DNA of 64,000 nt. Source: Bugula neritina. Its lineage: Eukaryota; Animalia; Bryozoa. Within the stretch, counting starts at the first letter, position 1. Each line of letters begins with the position of its first letter. Location of the stretch: assembly GCA_964035545.1 (NCBI GenBank), contig OZ037773.1:2075751-2139750 (forward strand). The letters are read 5' to 3'. Positions 27,601 through 41,320 of this stretch are shown piece by piece. The position numbers and the translations under genes were made by a program. Below the pieces are notes generated by a model. That model was not told where the DNA came from. It did not search any database and worked only from the letters and a program-made list of their open reading frames with translations.

Positions 27601-27760
27601 TTTTTCAGTAACAGAAAAAACTGAAAGCAAAAGTCAATACCTTTTTTCTTCCTTTGTGTAGCTTCCAAACAGATTTCTGCTCTAAACCACTGCAAAGGTC
27701 CAAAATTTCGTAATTGAATGAGCTAGCTGGATCACGCGAAAAAATTGACCACATCGACAT
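17636..27760 (-). CDS. SCYL1: SCY1-like pseudokinase 1 (N-terminal kinase-like protein), 15 exons
   Basis: Exons 27760-27641, 26547-26407, 25985-25863, 25529-25306, 24543-24453, 24237-24082, 23342-23184, 22771-22550, 22452-22297, 21887-21771, 21396-21249, 20805-20614, 20038-19917, 18789-18550, 17965-17636. Motifs: M(SM)[85 protein letters not shown], and C-terminal MKLGAKKL. Confidence 0.95.
19288..19505. repeat. C-rich degenerate minisatellite (G-rich on the SCYL1 sense strand)
   Basis: ccctcccccacacta / ccctccactatacccccca units. Confidence 0.85.
20332..20620. repeat. 23-nt minisatellite containing the adjacent splice donor
   Basis: About 12 copies of cataacgtcagcatacctggtta abutting the SCYL1 exon end at 20614. 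Confidence 0.92.
21423..21730. repeat. (ACT)n/(ACC)n trinucleotide microsatellite in a SCYL1 intron
   Basis: Direct observation; lies between exons 21887-21771 and 21396-21249. Confidence 0.95.
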
Positions 27761-27975
27761 ATTTATTTGTAAATAATAAGTTAAACTGATTAAAATTGAA
27801 TACTGCTAAAATATTTTAACTAAGCCATTAGTATTTGACTCGATCTATTGCTATCACTACGACTATCAGTATCACTATCAGTATGTCTATTCTATACTGA
27901 TGTGTCTCACTGATTTACGGAAATACGCTGTTCGGCGAGCATTGCTTTAGTCCGAGCCCGCTTTTGCAGTCAAAG
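27761..27975. promoter_or_regulatory. Probable bidirectional promoter plus non-coding first exon of the + strand orphan gene
   Basis: SCYL1 ATG at 27760; CpG-richer patch about 27915-27975 ending in the donor-like AAAG|gtttgt; the next + exon has an acceptor at 29003. Confidence 0.4.
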
Positions 27976-29018
27976 GTTTGTAATAGCAAACAACTAACAT
28001 AACACGGCGTGATGTATACAAACACTAATTTATCCTATACATGTGAAACACACCTTCTATCCGCTCAACTAAAAGCAGACGACTTTGCTTTTTTATAACT
28101 ATACTATATTATAGTAATTAAATAATCATGTCTGATAATCATCTTTTAATATAATATAATATATCTTATTGGCATATGGCTATGCTTATGCAGAAAATTG
28201 TAAAATAAAAATAATTAGTTAGACAATAAACTATAAAGGCAGTAGGCCCACCTTTAAGTTCATGCGGTTTAACAGTATCATTTTCAGTTTGAGTATCAAA
28301 ATGAAAATGTAGCATTCAATTTTTATTCTAGAATTTGAACTCATACTATACATTTAAATTATGGGAGTAATGCTACATTTTAATTTTAGTAATTACATTT
28401 ACTGATACTTATAGGAATTAGTTTACTTTATAGCTTTAAAAACTTTTATACTTTGGATTTACACACTGACACTGTGATTAAATTATGTTTATAATTAAAT
28501 TTAACTCAAATTTAAAGTTAATATTAAAGTTTAATTACGTGGTTTTACTTTATCTTGGTTTTTTAAAATTGGTAATGCTATGAAACTTGAAAGTTTTTAG
28601 CATTAAATATAGGTAAAAGGTTACATTGCTGATTGTATTTAGAGTTAAGGTTACTAATTATAAATGGTAAATACTATAATTATCACATTTAAAATCAATA
28701 ATGCTAAAAGATTGTTATATAAATATATTTATAACTTTACCCAAGTTAAATTATAAGCACCTACACTATCAGTAACAGACTGCAGTGCTAGTACCACGAA
28801 AACCATGAACTTATGCTTATATCAGTCATATTTATATTAAATTTAGATGTTTATTTATTACACACACACCTTGAATAAAGTTTCCATTAACCTAAAAAAT
28901 AATTAAAAATAGATTAGGTGATTGTTGATTCCAAGCAAAATTGCAAATTGTACAATTGGTCAATTAGTAGGCCTACTACTTTAGGCATGAATTTGCTTAT
29001 ACAGTTTCAACCAACTAC

Positions 29019-30485
29019 ATGCGGTATACTTCTACTGATAATATCTGCATGGCAAAGTCGTCTGAGGAATTTACTGAATCTCTGATCAGAGCCATTGATC
29101 TTACTAGCTCAGCTATAGGAAATGTCGTCATGTACAGCCGGAACACCAAATTTTTAGAGGAAATGAAGAATCTCATTACATACAAAAACATCCAAATCCT
29201 AAATGGAAACGCTCAGGTTTATTTCTAGGTTTTGATAACAAATAAATATCTTTTGTATTAGTTTAATTAATTAAATTATAAAGCTTCAACATTAGTTGCA
29301 AATATGATTGATCAGCTAAACGCTATTTGGTAAACTAAATTGGCATATCTAGTCTTATTGGTTTTAAGCACTATAAATTAAATTATAATATTATGTTCTG
29401 GGGGGGAGGGAAGGGGGGACATGTTTTTAAATTTAAAAAAAGTCCATTTATTTATTTCTTTAGAAATCTGGATATGTTGCTGGTAAAGATATTGAAAAAG
29501 TCACCAAGCAAAAACTTTCTCAGCTTGCATCTAACTTTTATGGTGTAGACACAATTGTCAAGTCATCTGCTGATGAAAGCACTGCTATATTCAAGGATTC
29601 AGATTTAACTGTGCATGTGAGTGTATGACAACTTTCTTTCAATAGGATGTCAAATTGTATAAACTCATTTTTTTAAAAACATTATATTGTTAAATGAGGC
29701 TTTGTAAAATATTATATTTTTCTCGATTATAGGATATTGAAGAATCCTCAGATGAAGCTTCTCAACGGGATGCTAGATTTGTAGAGGATGGCATAAGTGA
29801 GCAAGATTTTGAAATGACGACTCCAACTAGGTTGGTTGATGTTGTGACTGAAAGCTGCAGTGTATTTAATAATCTACCTAACCTATTTGAATATAGTGTC
29901 GCTACCCCAACCTATAAAAATCCATCTCTACAGCATATTTTAGAAAATACTGCAACCAATATAGATTGTGAAGAGCATTTAAATTCTCATTGCGATTCTT
30001 TGAGTCAACATGAAGAAGATGGTGACTTTGATATGTCATGGACTGGTGCTTCTATAGATTTGCCCAAGAAGCTATTTGAAAAGAAAACTATTCAAGTAGA
30101 CCATCATGTGCTTGTACGATCAACTGATCAGGATTTCCAGCCAATGAACAGCAATTCTATGCCTTCTGTAGACAAAACTTCTAACATTCAGAATAGTACT
30201 GTGGTTGCTGATATAAATACCTTAAGCAGTTTGCCATTGTCAGCTGGTGACTTAACAGGAGCTAAAGAACTTTTAATGATTTGTACTAAAAACGAAGATT
30301 TTAAGAATTTTGATGAAAAAGTAGATGAATATGAAAATTCACCACGTATGAGACAATCTTCAAAGCTTGATAGTTTGAATATTGGTTATAGCAGTGAAAA
30401 GTTTCCAACTGCTGAAGAGTCTGAGACTATAGATATTTTAGAAAATAGCAGTTTTGATGTATCTTGGTCTTTTATTGAAACATAA
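29019..30485 (+). CDS. Uncharacterised protein, about 367 aa, with acidic Ser-rich C-terminal region
   Basis: Phase-0 exons 29019-29216, 29464-29616, 29733-30485 with canonical GT-AG; AATAAA follows the stop; start codon uncertain; no family recognised. Confidence 0.65.
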
Positions 30486-31342
30486 AATAAAGGTAGATAA
30501 TATATATACAAAAATAACTAGAACTAAAAGCTAGTATACTGTGTGATAACTTGACTCACAGTTGTGTTTGTTTTATTATGAACAATTTTGTGGATGGAAA
30601 AATAAAAGTGCAAACTGAAGAAAGCTGAGATGTGCAAATAATGGCTCGCAGAAGTTTGAATTGATTTGTTTTATTCTGTGCTAAAAATTAGCTGCCAAAT
30701 TGGTATTTTGATTATATACAATACTTGACATAAAAAAGTAGCTGAGTTTTTAAGAGATAAATTTTGTATTTAAAATTTTAAAAAAAAACACATAAGATTC
30801 TGTGGTGCAAATGTATGTGCAATATAATAAATATGCTATACTAATGGTATCTATTACCGAAACAATAATCCTGTGTAATATAGCAATAGAATTACATTAA
30901 AGTTATAAATAATGCATTTTGTTAAAAATAAATCAAAAAACTGTCATAAATAGCTTTTAAGACAGAAATACAACTGCAATTTTAAAGATTTGCTATCAAA
31001 ACTATAATTTTACATTATAAACACTAGTTGTTATTAAATTTATATGCTACAACAGTTGAGGTTAAACAGAACTTGCAAAAAAAGTAATATATAAAACTTT
31101 TAATGATGAAAACATGGATACAGTATAGCTATGACAAAATATATAACTGTTTTCAATCGTTTTCAAAATTTGTAAGTTTATAGGTTATGTTAATTATTTT
31201 AACTAATGTTCAATAAAAATAAGTAAAGTCTAGCTATGCTGTACTAATAGTTAATGTATGAAAAGTTTGTAAGACTTTAACTAATATATCATGCTAAATT
31301 TTGGCATAAGTGCACTAATACCTGCATACAAAATTTTAAGTT

Positions 31343-34185
31343 TTAATAGTACAAGACAACATTTGAAGTCTGGTAAGCTAGCTTTGGTGCGTTAGTTGTG
31401 TTTTTGTTAAAACTTTTCCAATTCAAAACAAGAATAACTACTAGTACTCCTTTCGATTCCAAAAACAATTGAAACACCATCCATATTTTAACGTGAATTG
31501 TAGCAATGTTCAGCAGTGCCCATCCTATCCCAAAACATAAGGTTACTTTGATACATAGCTGCGAATAATTTTTTAATGTTTTTATATCTTTTGCCGGTCT
31601 TAGAATATTATCGTTATCTACTTTATACAAAACCATTGTTGCCATCACAATATTGCTGGCAGCTAGGAGATAGCCGGGACCCAAAAACATGGCGTATCTT
31701 GCTATGGGATCCGCTATAAAACAAGATCCTTTTAATAACTTATGTTGGCTAGAAAGCATGTTTGAATTGGAAAAAAGTAAGGTGCTAAAAACAGACGCTA
31801 GGGGCAGACTAAAAGCATAAAAACAATATCTGATGTATATCTGTATTGACTTGGATAAAGCATGTGGATGAGCCAGACCTCTGTAGACACAAATTGCTAT
31901 GCAGTTGCTCCAAGAGATGGTGGAGAAAAACAAAAATTGAATAAACGAACCAAGTACCTCGCAATCATTTGTGTTTAGTGGAGCTTTGAACCCCACAAAT
32001 GCAAAACAAAATAAAGCTCCAAATAAGCAACATAGTAGAGTGAGCGTCAACAGTTGAGGCTGCTTTAAAGCTGATCTCCTTTTTCTTGCCAGCACATAAA
32101 CTATGTAGCATAATATTGCTAGCAGAGAGAAAGATATCAAGGTGTAATCTGTTGCCATTAGCATTACATTTGGTGTCCCTTGAGAGTCCACAGCAACCTA
32201 TATAACAAAGCAAACACATTTACAACAATAAACAATATTTACATAATTTATTTTCTTTGTGATTTATATTTTTGGTGATAAAAAAGTATCTTAATATACA
32301 GATGGTGGGTTTTAAATTCTTTTGGAAATATATGCCATAAGCGCTTATTCAAGAAGCTATTAGATCAATTAGTTTGGCCTGCTGGCATGAGGTCATTACA
32401 TAACATATATGTAGTAGAAACATTGCCTTTGTCAAATAAATCTTAAATTAACTGCTTGAAGGATACTTCTAAACTATAACTAATAAAAATTATATGATTT
32501 TGCATAGAAAATACAATTTAAGGTCTGTTGAAAAAGTTCCACATAGTAATGTTTATAGAAAAAGATATTGCTGAAATTTATGTAGTAATAAAAGATGAAA
32601 CTGGAACCATTACATTGTAAGTTCCACCTACTTCAATTTCATTGGCTGATAACCAAATTGATGAATAGAGGTCACCAGTTGTAGCGTTGATGATTGATTT
32701 ATTCCTGCAGAACTGAAAGGCACCTTTTATTTGTAATACGTCTTCTAGCTTAATCGCTGTTGTGGAGATCTTTTCCTTACAAAGAGGGTCAAATAATAGG
32801 CAGGCGGCGTTAAGTCTGTTTCTGTTAGCAGCATTATTTTCTTTGCTTCCTACTTTTGGCTTGCCTGTGGTGTTGTCACTTGACGTAGGAGGCTGAAACA
32901 TGCTTGTATTAGTTGTATTAGTCGTATACTCACATACTAAAGTATTCCATCTGCATGGATTGTTATAATCCATTGAAATAAATTCTTTTAAAGTTATTGA
33001 CGAGTTTTCTAGCAAGTTTATGAATTCACTCATAGTGCTGTAATTAAAAAAATTGCATGTGTCTCCATTTGAGCAAGAAATGCAACAAGACAAGTTGTTG
33101 AGAGAAACCTTGACGCTATCAGTTACGTTGAGAGACATATTCAACTGATATGGGCTAGAAGACATTGGAAACGCAGCCTCCTTAATATTATCTTCCAAGT
33201 TACAAATGCTGCAAAAGTGATTCTTGAATATTTTTTCATGACTGTACACTCGAAATGTAGTTCCATTTTCGCAGTCGTTTTTCAGCTTCCAATCAACATA
33301 TGTGTCAGGACAGGTGTCAACATACGTTTTATCCAACGCACATTCATATAAATATTCAGACGAATTGAGTAAAGCCGGGATATATGAACGGAGGTGACAT
33401 TCTTCTTTAAATCTAAAAGCCACCCAATACATAATTATAATATTAAATAGTAAAAAATGTATTACAGAATTTCATAACATCCAGGTAAACAAGGTTTGCA
33501 TTTATTAGAAAAAAAACTTGCACAAACTAAAATAAATAATTTAATTAGTAATTATTAAGTCAACAGTAAAAAAGAATAATAAAAACAGGTTTAAGATAGT
33601 ATGCAAAGTTTTATTTACCCGGTTTGGTTATTGGATGAGCAATTGGGACAAGAAATATCTGCATCCCAATAAATCATTGAAGAGACGTTATTGCACAAAG
33701 CACAATAGCGATTTTTGTACCTACAAATATACACAAAATTAGTATGCATTCATGACTCCCTATTTCATAAGTGTCTACTAACAATTGGGAACTACTGATT
33801 TAAAGTATGTGGATACATTGCTGTTCTATAGCAATTTGCTGTAGTGATACTTTATTATAGCAAAAAAATTAAAAGCGTTGTCAATTTTTTGATATTTTTT
33901 AATATTTTTTATTATTTTTTTGCTCAAGGTGTTGAGAACTGCAAAAGCCTGCATTTTTTGGTCAGGGCAAATCCTGTCTACAACAAGTGCTATAAGTTTT
34001 AATTGGGAAATCATCAATCGATTTTTTGTGCAAGACTACTATATAATTATATACAATGTTATGGTTGTTTTAATGGCAGTCACAGGATATAAATAGAAAT
34101 CTCAGTTTTGTTCAGCCAATAAGTCTATGTAAAACATAATTCGCTAAATAAAAGAATAGAATTAAAACAGCTTGGAGCTTGTAAT

Positions 34186-34222
<37 letters not shown>

Positions 34223-35809
34223 TTGAAAATGGTGTCAATATTTCTAGTCGACTGAACATAGGGCATTTACCTACATGCAGGTAAATAATGAGTATATCAT
34301 TATTTTTGCATGACATGAAACTGTAGAAAACGTTTAAAAACAATCAGTAGCTTGTGCAAACTGTTTCTTTGATCTGCAAAACTCTTTTTCTACTAACACT
34401 TCTAGAAATTGCTAGCAATTGTTTATTCTCTTGAATTTGAAAATAGAGCCATAACATACGTAATCATGGTTTCTGAATCGGTCACCAACCATCCATATAA
34501 ACTCCACTCTCCAATATTTCCTTTAGCACAGGCCTCTTTCTCAGCAGCTGATGCATCAGGAGCACAGGTGTCAACTACAACCATCCCTGTGTGATCATTA
34601 TTTTTGTCAATCTTGTGGCACTTCCAGCCTTTTTGGTAGTCGGGCTTTTGGGTTGCGTCAGGAACATTCATGCAGCAGTCTCCAAAGTGGGGACATCGCT
34701 TGGCATTGCATCTATAATATTATATATTTTTCAATGAACAGTTTATGATAGATGTAGAGTCTTATAACTGCATAATGGGCAAGTCTATATGACTCCTTAC
34801 GTGATAAGAAATACAGTAAGATCTCCGGAGGATCTCAAACTTACTGGCATAAAATCGAATCGTTGTGAGGACACATGTGAAAATATTTCCATATGTGATA
34901 AGGTGCCCAAGTGAATGTCCGATGCAAAGAAAGCTGCTGGTCATATGTATATTCAAGAATGTTTGTACACGTGTTGTTCAAATCCTGAACGTGAGACACT
35001 CTGCACCCGGCCCCCGAGCATGTTTCATTGGCGCTCTCCTCGGGAAAAATAATCAACTCTCTGCATACTGAACTGATGTTGCTGAAGCAAAGAATGCTTC
35101 CCAGATCCCAAGCTCTTTGCTTTGCTAAAACAGAGTAGAACATTTGCTTCATATCCAGTAGGCTACTAAAACAATAGCCAGTTTGTTTTTATAAGCTGAT
35201 GACTAACCCAAATAGAAAATGATTGTCTTTTGAGGTGATCGATAAGTTAGATATACGCTAATATGTTTTCACGAGTTGGTCAGGTCCCGGCATTTCCTGT
35301 TACATAGCTCTCTAAAGTATGTGAGTTATTTAATATAGTATATTTTTGGCAACTATAAGAAGCTTTTCACTCATTCAACTACCAGTAGTTTGTGTGTTGA
35401 CGTAGCCCATTAGGAACCAATTGGTTATAAATATTTTTAATGAGTAATGTGTTAGTTCTTGGATCACCAAAGCTAAAATTTGCACACATTATTATCACAA
35501 AGTAGGATCATAGTGGTGGACAAATTTATCTGGCTCTGTTTTTACCGAAGATCTGTGCTGACAAAATATAGTGCGCTTAATGTGGACACTGCAATGATTT
35601 TGCACAGCACTTGGTACTAGTCTCGTAAAACAATGCTCATTTGTACATAAATACATATAATCACTAAGCAGCTTAACCAACCTTGCCAAGTACATCCCTT
35701 ATATAGAAAGACCCTTTGGTCACCAAAATATTTCTAAACATATAAATTATACTGCGTTTAAAACATGTATTACCAGCTTGCTAAACTTGCCAACTATTAC
35801 ATTTTCCAT
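31343..35809 (-). CDS. Family-2/adhesion(Mth)-like 7TM receptor with somatomedin-B-like and Cys-rich ectodomain (about 805 aa model)
   Basis: Exons (35809-35774, 35616-35546 tentative), 35165-34845, 34711-34460, 33720-33619, 33412-32632, 32197-31343. Features: CQCNAKRCPHFGDCC; TYKNRYCALCN; IFKNHFCSICN; a terminal exon with about 7 hydrophobic segments (CEVLGSFIQFLFFSTISWSN, YCFYAFSLP, CFI, FLGP, FGIGW). Confidence 0.75.
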
Positions 35810-35849
35810 GCATGACAATTCCCCAATGTTGACACACCCAGGATCTTTG

Positions 35850-38800
35850 TTAGAGGTATGCGTCTGGCAAGAACAAAATATTATATTCTACATAGGCTGG
35901 TGAATGTATTATATGATATAGTTGTTAAAGGCTTGCTATGATACCACTCTCACCTGGGTCTGATGTAGAAGTATTGATCTGATTAGTCCAATATGATTGG
36001 CTGAGATTGTTGGTGAGGCTCATGTACTGCAAACTCCTTTCTGTAGTTAAATTTAATAAGTTGGCGTTTGAGAAAAAAGTCTGCTGAAACTTTTGGACCA
36101 CAGGCTTTGCTCTGAGCAGATGGTATGCTAAAACAAGTACAGTGCAATGTAGTTAAAGGCCTGGCCTCATGATCGTGAAAATCATACGAAATCGTATGCC
36201 GATTTTCGTGAGTTATCCTCTCATTATGACCAGCCACACACTCGTCGGACGAAACACATAATAAATAGTCCGTGAATGAGTCTTGCACAAGATACAAACA
36301 GCAGAAAGTTGCCAAATAGAGAAATATGGTAGAAATGAAATAATTACTGTTGCTAAAATTCTAGTGACCAATCAAATGGTACTTATTGTCTATCTTGGCT
36401 TTTCGTTCGTCATCGTTGTGTACACCCAACAAAGACTATTTCGTTTAAATTCCATCAAGTTTTCTCATACGAATAACTTTTCTTGTCAAATAGACAATGC
36501 AATAATCCTAGTAAACTTAACTACATAGTTTATGTGTAAATTTTGTTAAACAAGTTTAAAGTTTAATTTTTCTCTATTAGATTCAATTTGAAATGCTATA
36601 CAATGTTTTAAAGTGATTCGTAAATCAAAATGTTATTATTACTCGGATATTACTTTACAGAACTAAATCCAATGTAGCAATAGGCTACATTTAAAATGGT
36701 TTGTTTTCCCTCCAGACTCTTATAGATCTGTAAAAGTATTTGATAAACTACGCGGTATTCTAAACCATACCTGCAAAATCCAGATACTTACTGAAGGTAA
36801 TTGATTTGTTCTGTCTTTTGATTGAAATATTTTCATCTTCCCAGCAAGTTTTACAAAATTTGTTCCTAAAGATACTAGCTGAAGTGGAAGATACAGTGTT
36901 TACTGGGCCGAGCTCACACAGCACCTTAATTTCTTCGTTAGTGTAGCTGGCTGGGCATTGTGCTATTGCAAATCCACATGAAGACCTGTGAACACCATGC
37001 TGTGTAGCAGTGTGCAGCAACTCACACTTCCTGTAAAGAAAAAACAAATTTCAATGGACTGTCCATAGAAATAGTCTACAAAATATTGCAGAACAATTTA
37101 ATTAAATTCAAATAAAATCTGTTTGAAATTATGAAAATAAAAATAAATAATTTAAATTTTTTTCATGTGTTTATGTTTAGTATCTAAAAGCTAAAAAAGA
37201 GTGTTGATAAGTTTATGATTCTTCTTCACTAATATATCACTACCTATTAAAAAGGGGTATAAGGTAAAACACAGTACTTGGTTTATACTATACTATACTA
37301 TACTATACTATACTATACTATACTATACTATACTATACTATACTATACTATACTATACTATACTATACTATACTATACTATACTATACTATACTATACTA
37401 AAATATAATGCATTTTAAAAACATCTCTTTTTGATGAAGTTTATATTCTAGCAAATAGCTATAGAGAAAATCTATCTATATTCTAAATTAAGTTGATAAT
37501 CAGATTTTAAGCCAATTTTTACAAACTAAGCTAGAACTAGAATAAAGGTTTTTACTATATTAGTAATGCGAGCTAGTATATTAAGTTTTATCATAATTTC
37601 ATGAACAGTTATTTTCTGCCATGGTTTCTTTCACTATGTAAACTAAGTTATCTTATAATTATAAGCTGGTACATAATTGTTTTTTATTAGGAAGCAAAAC
37701 CATATTTGTCTCTTCAAGGCAATATTGTTGAGTTTAGAGGTGCAATAATGGAGAAATTAGAAAAAGCCTGGATAAAAAATGTAGCAAAAGAAAGAAGTCA
37801 TGTTCTTGCAAGAATTTCAAACTGCAGCCCACACCAAATTTTATTAAGCTTTATCAACAAGTTTTAGATATATGTACAGTATGTCCACTTAATTTTTGTT
37901 CTTTTTTTACTCTAGCACTACTTGACACTACTTGGTATTATACTTGACACTACTTGGTACTATACTTGACACTACTTGGTATTATACTTGACACTACTCT
38001 GTATTATACTTGACACAATACCTAGTATTATACTTAACAATTTAGCCAACCTGTTTTTTAGTTGTTCTTTCAACCAATCCACAGTAAACATGTTAGTTTG
38101 GTTTTCAAGGAGCAATTTAGTATCCTGATCACAGTAGACATCTGCTGACCAGAACTCAATAGCTTCCAGAGGATCAAAAGCTGGTAGAGTATCAGTCATA
38201 GGAGATTTCACAGCCCCATTGCATATAGCGCAGTAAATGTTGCTATATGTAATGCCTGTGTACGTGCCGGTTACTGGCCAGTGGGATATCTGTACCGTGT
38301 CTAAAATAAACTGATTTTAGTCACCAAGACTACCTCAATTGTATAAGCAGAAACAAAATAGCTGCAAGCAGTTGATCTAACTTGAGTGTTTTTAATTAAA
38401 AATAGTTTAACAAAAAAGCTACATTAATACACACTGTAAACTGTCAGAAACGTAAAGTCAAACAAATATTGTCACAGTAGAAAACTACATCAAAGCTATC
38501 TTTTTAGATTTTCGCAGACAAGCCATATACCTACAGCTACAGCCACTAAGCAAAATATGTGCTGGTAAACAGATTCAATGATGCACTCTGAGTATTTTGA
38601 TGATCTTGACTATAATCACCTAGCTATAGGCATGAGTATATATATATATAGAGAAAACTTTCTGGAGTCCTATTTTATAACCAGTTCACTATAGTTATAA
38701 TTTCACAATAAGTCTTCATAGCTATTCATAGGAGAAGTCTCAAAATGATCAACTATTGCACAATGATCACAATATCATGTTGAATCAGCTTTTAAGATAG

Positions 38801-40476
38801 TTCTGATATGCTATTAATAACTATCGCATATTTTATTGAGCAAATGCTTTCAGTTGAAGATAGATTTTTAGGCTCTGGAGTCTAGGAGAAAATTTTCAAC
38901 TGGTTCAGCTTTCTTCTAAAAACACAGTGATTAATATTATAATCATAATACAAGAAACCACAATGCATGCAGTTGTACTAAAGTTGATTAAAGCCCTGAG
39001 AATGTCTTGAATGGGTTCCATAATATCAATACATTGGTAGTCCTTCATACTTCGCCACCATGGCATAGCACAAACTTAATGCAAACTTTGCCTCAACAGA
39101 CACATTGACAGTATAGTAGAATAGGCTGGCTTTTCATTTTTATCTTCACTGGTGTCTCAATTTTATTTTGTTTCCAAATTAAACTATTACACACCAAAGC
39201 AACAGCTTCACCAAAATGACAACTCAAGATTATTTTTGCTCTTTGCCAAGTGGTTGTATTTGACAGAAAGGACTGTGCTGTAGGCACAGCTTGTCTGCAA
39301 AAACTGACTATAACCAAACCTAGAAGCTTTGGATAAATTTCACTACAGACAGGAAGTGCTGCATAGTTAATGCTGCCATGCTGTTCATTGTCATTTTAGT
39401 CAAAAAGTCATAAATGTAGGCATGTAACTGTAGGCAGGAAAACCATGCATATACCTAGTTAAATTCAGAATGAACCTGCATGTATTAGTGCCTATAGTGA
39501 AGATCGAAACGTCATTGTGTGCTCGATATGTTTAAGTTATTAGTAGTTCTTAGCAGTGGCGTATAAGCAATGACTTGTGATGTATGAATCAAAGTTGAAA
39601 AGCCACCATGATCATGCAAACATACAGACACTTTGAAAATGCCGCAGCCATCAGCCGAGGATTGCTCTAGTGGGGCTACTTTTACTTAGGGTAAAAGATT
39701 GGAAAGTCTTCTAAAATGGTCAAAGGAGGAAGCCATATATACTATAGGAGAGAAATTTGTTAGGGCTTTGGTGAAGTCGCTGTGTCTTTGCCCAATAACA
39801 CTTCACAAAGAAAATTTAGAGAATGTTCTCATCGGAGTTTAATCATAAAACATACCTGAGAAATCACTTGTGTTTCCTGCTTTTTCACACATTTGACTCA
39901 AAGTGGTTTTTGTTCCATTTGGACACTTGTTTACTACATAGCCTACAAGTTGAAATATGCTTGCAGAAAGTGCTTAATTTACAACGATAGTTATAAAGCT
40001 TACTCCCACACCTATGCGACAAAAATTTAGGAGATGTTATAGTGTTCCTGCTATTGCACCAAAATAAGGATCAATATTTTAATGCTCAGGCCATATATTC
40101 TAATCTGGCAGCTTTGTTGTTACATCTGCACATGCTTTATAATTTTATAACTCAATTTAATAAATTGTAGTAGTTTTGCAAAATTGAAAAATAGAATGTT
40201 CTCTTTACCTGTAGTTAATCCAACATCCATGCATTGAAATGTTCCGGGTTCTAACCTTTCTCTAATCCTAACCACATCTCCGCAGCATTCACCGTAATAT
40301 TTGCATTCTTCAGTTTGGCTTGTAATGTGTAAGCTGTCACAGTTGGCACCAGAGGCTGTGTAGATAATATTATCAACCACCACCCCACCATCAAGTATCT
40401 CAATAGGTAGGTTTAGAGAGTAAACTCTTAGAGTTAATAGACAGTATGGCAACCAGCAAAGAAAGAGACGAAACAT
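35850..40476 (-). CDS. Secreted Cys-rich protein paralogous to the receptor ectodomain (about 350 aa model), or the N-terminal half of one fused receptor
   Basis: Exons 40476-40209, 39942-39856, 38300-38051, 37030-36771, then tentatively 36127-35954 and 35863-35850 (TAA). Features: signal peptide MFRLFLCWLPYCLLTLRVYS; CKYYGECC; VVNKCP; TYSNIYCAICN; IFRNKFCKTC. Confidence 0.65.
37284..37400. repeat. (TATAC)n pentanucleotide microsatellite
   Basis: Direct observation. Confidence 0.97.
37916..38036. repeat. Short minisatellite, about 23-nt unit
   Basis: tacttgacactacttggtattat repeated about 5 times. Confidence 0.85.
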
Positions 40477-41320
40477 CTTTGGGAAGGGAATTTCAGCTGG
40501 TGGTATAAAAAACGCGACAAATCATGACATATATGAAATGGTATGGATTACAAGCTTATATATATTAATTGCTTTACCTATAACTATCCACTTCTAGTAT
40601 AAGATAAAACAAAAGGCTTTAAAATAATATATGTAGATTATTCTATTAGTAGCACCAATGCTTAGTTTTTGCTGAAAGTAACATCTATTTCTTGTACACA
40701 AGTGGTCGTGTCAAAAGAAGTTTTCAACATTAGGATAAAACTGCTGCAATGCTTTCATGAAGCATCTGACTAAGATCAGAGCCAGATGCCAAGTATATTC
40801 ATAGCCTACACTCTACAGTGTCAACCTTCTAATGTAGGTATTCGCTAAGTTATCATATAGAAGCTACTCACCAGCTAGTCAAGTTATAAGTGACCAGTAC
40901 CTTAAGATTATCTACACCCTAGGCTAGTTATAGCTATTATACTTCATGCTATATATTGCTACACATACTATTGTTAAGCTCTGCAGCCTCTATCAGTGCT
41001 TGATCATATTATATTAACATAATACAGTAGACCATAGCTACAGTATATGCATTATAAACAACAATATGGCATTACAACAGTATGCATTTAAATACTTACA
41101 TAAAATTAATCCAAAAAATACGAATTATTATGATCATAATCCTTTCTGCAGAAATGTTTCATATATTTGCATTGAATTTTTATTAAAGTATATGACCAAA
41201 AAATAATAATACTAAAATCCAAATTACTATCTCCTCACTTGAGTTCTCTGATAGCATTAACATTGTAGCTAGATACTTCTTCAATTTAGATAAAGTTTTT
41301 AGTGATGTGTTTTCTACATG

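Noticed and set aside
27348-27695. Val/Thr-rich 115-aa ORF
   Set aside because: Low-complexity intron-1 sequence of SCYL1, read in a different frame from exon 1
35983-36315. Apparent frameshift at the T6 run between ORF 36315-35983 and the donor at 35954
   Set aside because: An acceptor at 36127 opens the other frame cleanly in the required phase, so no frameshift is needed; the ORF remains a less likely alternative exon
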